64,000 nt of DNA from Botryllus schlosseri (taxonomy: Eukaryota). Position numbers and translations under genes: made by a program. The stretch lies in assembly GCA_051294905.1 (NCBI GenBank), contig CM119371.1:17734001-17798000 (forward strand), written 5' to 3'. This document shows positions 36,766-49,085 of the stretch, piece after piece (the first letter of the stretch is position 1; every line of letters starts with the position of its first letter). The notes beneath the pieces are model-generated. The model worked only from the letters and a program-made list of their open reading frames with translations, had not been told where the DNA came from and searched no databases.

Positions 36766-38246
36766 AGGGCTCGTAGTACAACACTTTCAGAACGACATAC
36801 TGACTGCGCAGGAAAAAAAACAGACATCCAATCTGCTTATGCCTGATAAAATCTGTAAACTTGTGGTTTTTCACGCAAACACAGTGCTAGTTGGTTGCTA
36901 TGTTTGGTAAGGAAAACAAAGCCCATTGCATCCCGCATGTTAATCAACTATATCACATGCTATTGGCGTTTGAGATGAGTTTTGATTCTACTTTCGATAT
37001 CAAATTCACTGACCCCTTATTTCGGTCGGACAATCGCAAAAGCTGAAACTTCAGTAAAACAATAGAAGCCTTCGTTTTCAAATCGCAACTGCAGTGAAAA
37101 TTAGGCGACGGGAAACTTCCAATTCAGTAATCACTGTGTATCATTGTCATTCTCTTCCCGACAGCTAAATTGATAATACTCCGATCTCGAGGAATGATGC
37201 TCAACCTATTGTCACTTCTCAAGATTATACTTACTGGGTGTATCCTTAATTTGGATCAGAATACCGTTGGTAAGTAGCTAACATTATTTCTGCCAGGTCA
37301 AATGGTGCATAAATCTTTCTTTGCGCAGAATCAGTATCGACAGAAATTCGTACTAAACCAGCTAACAGCGCCAAGCACGGAGAAGCTTGTCCAGATGGTT
37401 AAATGTTAGAAGTTGAAGAAGAAGATCCCGCATACTGCGTTTCCAGCTCGACTCGACTACCCAATACACTCGTGTGTAACGCCGAGGTCAACTGCAGAGA
37501 CCTCTAGGACGAATATCTCTGCGCGTTCACTTATCACGAATCACATAGAAAGAAGCCAGAAGACGAACGAAACGTGTTTACATTATTACGCGGGCTGACG
37601 AGATCACCAACCAAAATAAGATCTGAAACAGCAGAGAACGTGCGTTTGATCCTGCAATTTTCTAACAGACCAGAGGATGCATTTGATTTAATAAGAAGAG
37701 CCTGCCTGCCTAAATTAAATGACTAAGTCGCCTTAATTGACGGTGGGCAAATACTCCCTTGTGATATATGTAGAGCGAATGAGATACTATATGCTCTGCT
37801 TCAATCCCATATTTGAGGAAGGAATCGGAAAATGCATCCACCAAGTACGGAATGTGCGTTAGACCAGCGCAGATCTGCGATCACGTTCAGCAATGCCGCG
37901 ATGGAGAAGATGAGAGGTATTGCAATATATGGACGAAATGGCGAACACTACGTAAACTTGGCGCGCAGATAGTCAAAGAAAAGGCAGTACCACTGACGTG
38001 TGAATCGTTAAGAGTTGGTGTAAACGCCGTCATTGCAGTTGCAATGTTCCGAACGCGATACTACAAGACCGCAACCGGCAAACGCTCCTTTGTGCGCGAT
38101 TTCGAATCACAGAAATCCCGAGACAAACGACTACCCCTTCAATTTCACGGAGTTTCCCCGACTCTGATTTCGTCGAAGTCGGTTCAGTATTTACGCGAAA
38201 GGTCCAGCGACAATCCGCTGGTTTTACTCTGGGTATGCGACGGTAG

Positions 38247-41200
38247 TAGGGTTCCGGTAAATATCAATTTGCCTCTGATTCGGATCGATTAATTCGATTC
38301 GATAATAAAAACCATGGTTTTTTTTTGGTTTTTATTATTTTATTTTACTTATAAGTTATAACAACTGAAACAACAACAACAATGAGCCCTAGCCCATTGA
38401 AAATCATGTAAATCAAGGTACAGCCGCAAATCTCATCAACTGAATAATTCGAGGCTCTGAATCTTCATCCACGTGCTGAAAAATGTTCAGCCCAGCAGAG
38501 AAATGTTGGTGGCTAGAATCGTCCGATATCTGTTCTAATACCAAGCCGACATGTTGCGTCAAATCAGAAGCATCCGTAACATCAGCATCTTCATCATGAG
38601 CATAGCTGATGGTGTCTTGAGTGGTCTCTGCCAGCAAGGCGTTGATCTTTCTCATCGCCTTATCTGCTTTGCCAGTACCAAAGTCAATATCCATGAAGTG
38701 ATCTTTCACTCGAAGCATAACTTCAAGATTTGTTTGTGTTAGGCGGTAACGACTCTTGGTTGCAGTTGCTGCCGCTCATGACCAAAGTCTCTCACAGGAC
38801 GCAGCATGTGGAACGTACGAAAGAACAGTCCTGGCGAGTTTTGAAAGTTCTGGAGAATCATCAGCTAAATCCATCCAGAATAATGCCGGTCTTGATGTAA
38901 GATATGGCACCCAGATACTGGATTCTGCATCAGAAATTCCTAAATACAATCAGGCTAATATCAGAGACGTGCAGTGTCAGGTGTACGCAGGTAGACTCAC
39001 CCTCTTCATAATCATGGTCGAACCAGTGTTTAATGAGGTTGAAAGCAGACCCATCAGTGCAGTTTGGTTCTATCTTTGAAAATAACTTCTTGGCCAGATC
39101 ACGAACAAGCCTTTTGCCAGTCTTGTTCAGGCCACAGCCTCTAACTCGGGGATCTAAAACCCAGGCAAGTAGATGATGGTCCTCGACATAGTTTTCTGTT
39201 CCTCGCTGCATCTTTGATAGGACCAGAATCGTCTCATCAGCATTAAGAGCGGTCGTCTTTTTAACTCAAGCTTGAGCCACATCCAGCCTGATAGGATTAG
39301 CCCAGCGGAAGTATTGTCCAATTCTGATATGGCTGCAAAAATGCAAGATTTACAATTCAGTAACTCTGAGTTAAACGTTGTGGAATTAAAAGAACTACAC
39401 TCCTTGTTGTTGAGAACCAATATCTACTTCTAATTGATCATGTATTATAGTTTTGGGTGGTATCATATCATCAAGGAATGCAAATTATTGGCAATATAGT
39501 AAGAATGAAGTTATGAATGTAGTGTCGAACAGTTGCCACATTACATTTTCTTTCAATTGTCGAAATATAAATATTTTAAAGAACTAACCCGTAATGACAT
39601 AATACGGCTTGAGTAGACCATATATCGCTTTAGTATCTTCCCAAAATTGCTTGTCACTGATGATTGTTCGGACAGTACATGCACTCGCCATATTCAAGTG
39701 CGGTTTCGACGCTTCTTGAACAAACACAACCTTTCAGCAAAAAAGACGACTTCGTGCAAATGTCACAGAAATGTATGAATTACTTGAATTACTTACTTGA
39801 ATAGCTGTTTGAACATTTATGACATGCTTCAATGTTTTGGAGAAGGAATACCATCTTGTCTCGCTAGGTAACCACAATTTTTTTTTGATTTTTTTCATGA
39901 TAATGACAGAAGAATCAATGTGTCAAATTTTACAGCCATCTATTAACCTTGGTGCTCATCTGAAAATAAATTTGCTCATTTCGCAGGAAATTACCCAGCA
40001 ATGGATCGTTGAAGTGGTAGACAATACAAGCATAACTAATTCTATAAGTGGAACAAGTAAATCAAATCAACTCGAGTACCACATTTAAATAGAAGTATCT
40101 TGATACTGATGACATCTATATTTTAGGCAACGATCTTCAGCTATCACATGATACTCAGGTGTCGATGTGACTCCACCATATCACAACATGACTATAGGAT
40201 ATACATGTGTAGAATTCCACCGCATTTTGCACATACCCACCTATCATTTCATTCTGAATACCGATTTATTATCATTGATTTCAACGATAAAATTAACATA
40301 ACATTTTGCATACAATTAAATATCTGTCGGCTCTTTAGGATCGGTTTTGGTCAAGCAATCTATAGTTTGCTAGTATAATACCATAGTCACTACTTAGTCA
40401 ATCAGACACCATGACGAAATGAGGTCAAGGGAACCCAGATAAGGACTATATCGTATACTTTCTTATCCACAACATGACCATCACAAACCCGGGTTCCCCA
40501 TGCTATCATTGATTCATGGCTGCGGTATAGTAAGAGCAGTTATTAACCTCTCCTACAAGATCAATATGACCAAACCTTTTACCCTAGCTAGCCCCAACCC
40601 CAATTGCATGATGATACCCTAACTAATTATCAACGCCATAAGCTTTGATATGTTCGCGCGGGGAACACTAATTGTTCATAGTCATGTTTTGTGGATAAGA
40701 AAGTATGTCTCTTTCGGTTGACGTGCTGCATATTATTACCGGTATCATATCACACTCGGGTTTTTAGATATGCAAATATGTAATCTGCCCATACCATGTC
40801 AACGTATTACCATGCAGTATTCAACCAATTACATGAATTGGTTTCACTCATAAACATGGTATCTTACCTGCGTATGCTTTTTTCATTCTAGCTACTTGAC
40901 CCATCATATCAACACTGCAATAAATGCAAACGGCTTTTTTGCGTCTCTTTGGCATCAGAGATGCGGGAATCTCCCGATATAGACTCCAGATTGAGTTTCG
41001 TTTTCGTCCTCCCACCGTCGCCTTATAAACACTAAACAACAGCACCACGAACACAGCGAATCCGCAGCAATGAGCAAAGCACAGGAATTGGCTGATCGTG
41101 ATCAGTGATAAGATCACCTCCTACTGCGAGCGCACTTTTCCCGCCTTGACCCCGATTCGCTGAGCTATAACGGTACCGGTGGCGAAAAAATATGTCCGGT

Positions 41201-41380
41201 TTGTGTACAAGATACACTGGTTGTCCAAAAAGATACTATATTCACGCCTATTTTCAGGATAAAAATAAAAACCAAAAAATCAATTAAATCAGAACGATGA
41301 AATTAAAATCAAAAATCAAAGGAAAAAACCTGGTTTATATCACACTGGTTTAAATTAGCCTGATATTAACCAGAACCCTA
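38247..41380 (-). mobile_element. Decayed autonomous-type hAT transposon inserted in an LDLa repeat
   Basis: TIRs TAGGGTTCCGGTAAATATC / GATATTAACCAGAACCCTA; TSD GACGGTAG (38239-38246, 41381-41388); minus-strand BED-like W...AVCIYC, LAWVLDPR, FW...PELSKLARTVLSYVPHAASCERLWS. Confidence 0.93.
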
Positions 41381-44311
41381 GACGGTAGTATCGATTGTCC
41401 AGGCGGTGTTGATTAAATAGTTTGTTCGAATCGGTTCTACTGTCAATCAGGCACTCCTCTTTACGTGGATACGTCTCTTATGAGGAACGGTATCGACGAT
41501 TGTTGCGACGGAAGTGACGAATGGTTCTAGCAGAAAAAGCAGAAGTGGTCTTTTACCTCTAAGGATAGAATGGTAAAAGATTGGTATGTTGTTGCGATCA
41601 TGTGGACCGTTGGGATATTAGCAATATTAGGAAATGGACTCGTCATCTTTAAATCGCTTCGCTCACTACTAAATCTATGCAACATATATCCTGCGCGCAA
41701 ATTCCGCGTCCGTGTATTATCTTCGATATCTTCGATAAAGAGTCATTGGGCTCAGAATACAAAAAGCGATAAGAAAAAATATCTCTCGCATAAATCTCAA
41801 ATGAGAGTACCTCCAACAGGAGGGAAAAAAGGCGTTCGCGTTTGGAATAATGTGTTTATCCTCAATCTGGCGATAGCTTACTTTCTAAAGGGGATTTACC
41901 TGGTGGTTCTGGGAGGCGTGTCCACGACTAATACATCAATCTATTTGATGACAGAAGTTGGAGAACGGGTTTTTTGTGCCAATCGCTTGGTGTTATTGTG
42001 GTTTTATCGAGTCAAGCTTCAGTGCTAACCTTGGTAGGCTTGACCACACTCCGTCTTGGTACCGTTATCAAGCCGTTCGGACTGCAGATTTTGAAGAGAG
42101 TGAAGATTCTCTCAGCGATATGCATCGCCATTTGGGTCGTCTCATTCCTAATAGCAATTTTACCGATTTTACCCATCACAAAGCATTTCTACACCATGGC
42201 AGCATGGGTGCCGTTTCCCCATCTTCGTCCGTCAGTGGTTAATCAAACTGCAGCGAACAAAATTTGGTCCAGGTCGATTGCATTTTCCAAAAATGCTACT
42301 GTGCTGGTTCATTCTGGACACGAATTATCTTGGAATGAGTTGGTAACGTTACCATTGGACTTATTTCCTGTGTACTCGGAATGGAGATTTTTCGGGTTCT
42401 ATAGCGCACACAGTGTTTGCATTCCGAAACTCTTTGTTTCTTTAGGGGATACAGCATGGTAGCACACCGTGGCAGTTTTATCTCTAAATCTGACTGCTTT
42501 TATTTATATCCTTTGTGTTTACCTCGTGATATATCGACTGTCGACGAAAAGTACCGTTATTACCTGTAATTCTTCTGAACCTTGTGTTACTGACAACAGA
42601 ATACTAACTGAAATAGGTAAGATATTACCTGGCTCACATTCTCGAATGCCCGAATCGAAATGCCAAAGCTCCAATGAGGCTACTCGCAACGCATCTTCCA
42701 GAAGAAATTCGGAAACACAAAAAATGCAATTTCGTATTTTTATCTTGGTTGCCACTGACTTTGTATGTTGGGTTCCTGTATGTATCCTTGGCTTTATGCA
42801 TTTGTTCAGGTACGATGTTTCAAATACTGCGTACGTGGTGTCCGCTACTGGATTGCTACCGATCAACAGCGCTTTGAACCCAATGGTATATTCCAATTGT
42901 CAAGGCGTATTGTCAAAAATACTTTGTCGTCAAAAGCGCAACTTTTAAAATAATCTTGGCTATGTTTATGTAGTTTTGTGTAAATGGCACAGATATTGTT
43001 GTTCCCAAACGGAATTCAAGGTTAGGCCGCAGCCAACTTATTTTATTGATATTGAAAACAGGCTCTAATTTGCTCACGAATACTGACCAGGTTTCATATT
43101 TCTTTAGTTTCATTTAGTGATTCTCAACTTTTTCGTTGTCACGGACCCCTTCAGACAAATTATTAATGCTGCGGATCCATACCTAAATTTTGTCTGACAC
43201 TCAATAAATATACCATTGACCAGTGCTTTTCAACCTGTGGGATGGTATACACACTTGTGCGAATGAAAATATTTGCGTTACGGATGACGGAGGTGATGCG
43301 AACTGTGCGGATAAAAATCCGGATGAGTGCGGATGAAAATCGTAACTAATTGCTTATTTTTCTGACGGGGAATAATTTAAAAAAAACTAATAGAAAATTC
43401 AAGTGCAGTGTCTTGCTAACTTTTGTAGTTGTGACGTGATTGTAAATACTTTTTAGACTTACGAAGTACCACTAATCGTACCTTTGACCATAACTTTGTC
43501 TCTCACAGGCTGTAGTGAATTAATATTTGCGCACTATACCTATTACGCTACCAAAAGCCTGGTTCGAAAGTGGGTGTAGTGGCAGACATACAATGTATCA
43601 GCCCGTCTGACCCGGCGACAGGCTGAAGAAATGACGTCAAATTGAATTTCTGCTTTCTTTCGCTGAAAAATCAACATATTTCCGTTGTAACAGTTCGAGC
43701 AGCGCGAGTCATGAGGATAGTAGTAGGCCTATATACAATCATTACAGACTCACATTTGCAAGTTACTATAACGCAAATATTTATCCGTTTATGAGTTATT
43801 AAAGTATATGGGTGGCAAAGGATATAATTTTGGATCGACACGGTGCAAGAACGATCTTTTGATCTCTATGTAATATTTGTTGAATTTATTGTAAATTGAT
43901 ACTGCGATCATTTTTGCATATCCAATGTTACTGCTATGTTGGGCACTATAGCTAATAAGCGAGATACGCAGAAAATATGACTTGATCATGAGAATGTGCC
44001 GACCTTTGGTTTGAATTCATGATAAGATTTGTCCGACTGATATTTCTGGAAAACATGGTCGAAGACCGTTGGGATGAACTAGGGGTGTGCAACTGTGCAA
44101 CGAGCAAGTTCAAGTCCGTGAGAATCGTTCATTTCGAGGTGGGAACGTAACTGCCGCATAGTTTTTTCATTCGTTTGGCCCATATCTCATTCTGGATCAA
44201 ACAACAAAATTTGTATTGGAAGTGGGTGGTGAACCCAAAAAAGGTTGGGAAGCACTGATCTATTAAAATGGGGTCACCCCAGCTGTATTACGCAAGTCGG
44301 TTCGATTATTA

Positions 44312-46327
44312 CACTGGACAACAGAAAAATTTCATCATGGTAGGTGAGAACGATTTTCGGGAAAATCGGGGGCGCTGAGCTCGAAAATGGCATTGGTATC
44401 CGCAGATTGACTCTATTTTTCAAGATATCGCCTAATTTGGACATTTTTATTAATTTTTTTTGTTTATTCAAACTAGGTTACATTTATCCTAATAGCCTAT
44501 ATTAAATGTCTTATTATTAAATGTCTATATTAAATGTCTGTAATGAAACCACGAGAATGTGAGATGTGTAAAACACAGTTAGATCGGCGGAACGAAACTG
44601 TGCTGCATAAATCTATTCTTTTCCGCATACAGAACACAAAGATACCTTATTCATTCGTATTTTCATAGGATTCTCTTAATATATTGTAATTTATGATAAT
44701 AAGCATCCTATACCGATCAACGTGTTTGAAATCAACAACAAATAGCAGTAATTCGGTCATAACAAACCAAGTAGGCCTATACGCCTGAACCAACAAAAAG
44801 ACGACAATTTGCAAACACGGACGAAATAAACAACCTTGCAATATTTTTGTTTGCTAATTAGTATTCAAATCTTCTCGTATAAATAAATTAATATCGGGAT
44901 GTGCATTAGTGAAATATTTCGATGAAACTCCTGGTATTAACTCAAATTAGCTTACGACATCTGCAGGAAAGTCCTCTTGTACGATTTTGATTGGGACATA
45001 TTTGAAATAGGCTGCTGGCAGTAATCAGTAATAATGTAAGCAATAAGCATCCCAATTATCTAGATATTTCTCTTCCATTTATTTGATTTATGGAAAAAAA
45101 CTTTCGCCTCGCTCCTAACTCATATTTCCCGGGTTTTTGAGGAAGCGATGATACTGAACTTTTATGCTCATGCTTATCCTTGATCTAAGAACATTCATTA
45201 ACAAAACCTTCTCGTTATCCCCATAGTTTCTTTTTTTGTCGTCTCAACACAAGTCAAGACCTTCATTGTTTAGCTGATCTCGAGTAAAAGGCGTTGGTTC
45301 ACTCTGTATTCGTAATAATGTTGAGGAGTCGGTGTTAATGGATTTTCTACAGCATATAATATTGCCATCTACACCTTCCACTACATCCTATATCGTAGCA
45401 TCATTCGAAATCAGATGTGGCTGGGACGTCAAGCTGCATCTGGAATTTCAGGGGAGTGGGTAATTGGCTGTCAAACAGAGTCAATGTTGAGGTAGTGCTG
45501 TGATTTTTGTTCCAACCTACATCTCATTCATGTAAAAATATTAATCATCATGGTGGCCCTTCGGCTCACACAAAACTACTGGGATTACAAATTGCATCAT
45601 TTAGACTTTACCGTGATTCCATAAGCGCGAAGTTTCAGCCTAATGCAGGAGGCCGTCTGCGGTGCACGGCGTTTATCTTGATCCATCAACGTCACACCAA
45701 AGTAAGTGCACTTGGTGACATTTCACATATTGAATCGGTACATGTTCAACGTGTTCTCGTAACATATATAGCAAAACAGTCATTACGACGCTTTCTCTGT
45801 CTAGCTATCACTCAATTTTTAACGTACTTAATAAAACACCCATGAATTGAAATTTCTGAAAATGATAACAAGAAACAGTTTCTAATAATAAAAAACGCCG
45901 GAAAGCGTGTTAAATTTGAGCTCACTAATCATCGGTGATGATATAAACGTCATTTGACTCTTTCTGTAGCTTAAATGAGGGGGGGGGGGGGGTAATTGAC
46001 CTAATCTGTCAGAAAATAATCTTTAAATGATAATTGTCAGGATAAAACTAACTATTTCTTTCTCAGTGCACTACAACGCACATGTTAGTACTAGATGGGA
46101 GATGATAGAAACTAATCTAAACCCATATTTACCTCCTCAAGCGCGACTTGACCTATATTACTCATAAACATGCTATACTTTCCTGGCAGATGGAAGGAGA
46201 GACAATATCTTAAAAAAAAGGCCAATTCGGCAAAAGTAATGCCATTTCCAGACTCAGCGCCTCTGATATACCCCTAAATCGATATCACATATCATGATTT
46301 TAAGAGGAAAAAAATTGATGCCGTGTG
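44312..46327 (-). mobile_element. Internally deleted Chapaev3 (CMC superfamily) transposon
   Basis: CAC...GTG termini with TTA on both flanks (44309-44311, 46328-46330); subterminal inverted block GCGCTGAG...AAATGGCATT; minus-strand remnants FCYIC, YFGVTLMDQDK, IPVVLCEPKGHHDD, MSIKV...GNMS*ERGE, DYC. Confidence 0.8.
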
Positions 46328-47295
46328 TTATAGATTACTAACCTATGGATAGATGCGCATCACGTGACGCACGGTTATCTGAGTGGCGGACATACCCCAA
46401 ACTTGATGTCCGAGCGGCGTAAACTCTTGGTGAAAATGGTAAATGGGTTGAATTACACACTCTTTATTTCCAGTCATGTACGTTCCCTGATATATGCGGG
46501 TGTGAATATACACTCAGGACACGCGAAAACAGAAGCTAATTTAAAGCTATACCGCGGTATAAATCGAGTACAGCATTTTAATTCAAATGTATACAGGATT
46601 GTAGGGTTAGGGGCCTGCTTTAAGCATCGTAAATCGTTACTACTACTAAATGTGTATTTTACCCCTCCATTGCCGTGAACCAATCGGCGACGGTGCTGTC
46701 AAGCCAATACACGCGTGCGTAATTATTAGGGCTGATTAGACCCACATCCACGGAAGACAAACGGTTAGCACCATCCTGTTTTGCTGCTATTTGACTGTGT
46801 AAAGGTAACGGTGGTACTTTGGAATGAGAATGTCGACAGACAAGGTATGCGTGTTTTTCTCAGTTTTCAGTTCCAGGCATGCTCTATTATTTTCAAAAGG
46901 TCCTGTTACAAAAACTTCAAATTTCATTAGAATCATCAAAAAACCCTCATCAAATAAATTGGCATCATAGAAATGTAATACTCGATAACCATTTACAAAA
47001 TCTTATAAAGTGGTATTGCCAAAAGAAATAAGCGAAATGTATTTACTGTTCTGTTAGTCGCAGCTATGCCTATATAGTCAGAGTATTGAGATTTTGTATT
47101 GAATGCTAGTTTTTCTGATTTGGTTCTAAAGTGGTGAGACCGAGTCGAAGGCAGTGCTGAAAGTATCACTGATGATTCTCTATAAAGTTCATGATTGAAA
47201 CGCTGTTTCGCATCAGCACATAAAACCATAATGAATTTGCTTTTGTAATACAACTGACACAGATGAGGCACCAATGAAGGTAGAGATAAATTTGG

Positions 47296-47346
47296 GCTTA
47301 CAGCTTACGCTTACGCTTACGCTTACGCTTACGCTTACAGCTTACG
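47296..47346 (+). repeat. (GCTTAC)n microsatellite
   Basis: About eight tandem units. Confidence 0.9.
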
Positions 47347-48246
47347 TTGTCTTTAACTAGTTGTACAGTAATCTAATAGCAACGTATCTCTTCTTTTTGC
47401 ATATGTTCACAATGCTCAGTGATCACAAGTACAAGTTCTTGCAACTATTGCAACTTTTTTTACAGCTTCTGGCACCTTCCTAAATACTCATAATTGATGC
47501 GATATGATGTTTAAATCTGTTGTAGGAATTTTACTATCCAACTTCTGTCTATTTGCGCAAATTTAAAGGAGTTACTAAAAAAACGTACTATGAAACTATT
47601 TATAGTATGGCTCTAGTCTCTTTGATTTGCGCGAAGTGCTACGTGATGAATTAGCTGCAACTTAATGTTAACTCTTACGCAACAGTTGGCTTGAAAGCTA
47701 GAATTTCAACAACCCGACCCAAGCACGACAGTGTCCGAAGTAAAATTAAAAGTGAAAGTATGACATGACTTTTAGCCAAGCCCTCACAAACGAAAATAGA
47801 TCGTGTTTCGTCATTCGAGGCAAAGTTTTGTTGAGATAGCTTAGTTATAGTCGAACTTTGTGTTTATAAAAGTGCATCCGTTGTTTTGCAAGTAAGAAGC
47901 GATAACCTTGATGTCTGTTGAAATAACAGTGGAAGGCGGGGATGGCCGACCTGCGGCCCGCCTGAGAATTTAGTGTGGCCCCGCTAGTCATTTTCACTGC
48001 AATCAGTATTTCGAACTTTGAATCTCGACCCGTAAAATGTGCCAGTCAGGTTTCAGGTGCGCTGTTGGATTATACGACGCAACCTTCCGAGTATCTCGTA
48101 CAATTGTGCATGAATGCTACTTTCTATTTCAACTTTTGTTAAAATAAGTGCAACTTTCTCGCGATTGTCGTGCAACAAAAGCTTCCCCAATGATTACCTT
48201 AACAAACCCTCTTATATGATGTAATTGGGGCGAAAATAGTTTATAC

Positions 48247-49002
48247 CAGTGGTTCTAAACCTTGTTTCCTCCATCGCTCCTCTCAGAAATTTACATGATG
48301 GTCTGGCGTCCGCTCGTATTTTATGAATCGCACTAAAGACGACGGGATAGAGGTCGCATTCCGGTCGGTCTTTTCGGGTTAGGACTTGACTATTCGAAAC
48401 ATTTCGCGCGCAATCGCGCTCGACTAACTGCCGATCTTATAGTTGTATGTGCTACCATTGTGGTCGCTGCCCCGAAAATTCCAATGACTTCTCTACCTTC
48501 AAGTAGGGGAGATGTGGTACCGATGGATCAGAAATTGCAAAATGATCTCTGGCCCTTAATCTTCAGTCGAGAATAGCAGGTCTTTTGCTGGCTTAACACT
48601 TTGATCCAAGCTCTACCTACGGCGGATATTTACATAAATATCCGCCTCCTTCAAAATATATTTATAATCATTCAGAATTCGTTGCTCGAACATATCATGG
48701 GTCCCCACCCGGTGGGTTCAAAGTCACATGACCATGGTACCTATGAGACACACGCTCAAGAACTCAAATTTACCAACTTGTTTAGCTGTACAAAATTAAT
48801 GGCACAAAGGCTATATACTGTCCGTAAATCGCCATTTTGACTTTCAAATACCTCGTTATAGAGATAAAACGCCGCTGGTAACTATGATCTATTTATGTAG
48901 GCGTGCTTCTGTTGCGTGTTAATGGGGCCCACTCTATTTTGTAATTGAATTGATAGTAGTCCACTCGAGGCGGTATTGAGAGCCAAGGTTAAAAAACCAC
49001 TG
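48247..49002. mobile_element. Old hAT MITE ending 83 bp upstream of the DCAF1 start codon
   Basis: CAGTGGTTCTAAACCTTG...CAAGGTTAAAAAACCACTG; TSD matches only 5/8. Confidence 0.65.
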
Positions 49003-49085
49003 CTTTAATCGATACCTTTCTATTTCAAATTATTCAGCCTATCCTAATTTTTGTTAGATTCCTTTCTTCTCCGACTGGTCTCGTC

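Larger units (their letters stand above)
33200..42948 (+). pseudogene. GRL101/LGR-type GPCR pseudogene (putative LRR-like ectodomain, LDLa repeats, 7TM)
   Basis: LDLa CDHVQQCRDGEDERYC, VCDG|SIDCPGGVD, NGIDDCCDGSDE; 7TM GILAILGN, NLAIAYFLKGIYL, TDFVCWVP, LPINSALNPMVYS. Lesions: hAT insertion, stops near 41414 and at 41528 and 42460, frameshift near 41940. The region 5' of ~37800 is assigned by inference only. Confidence 0.82.
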
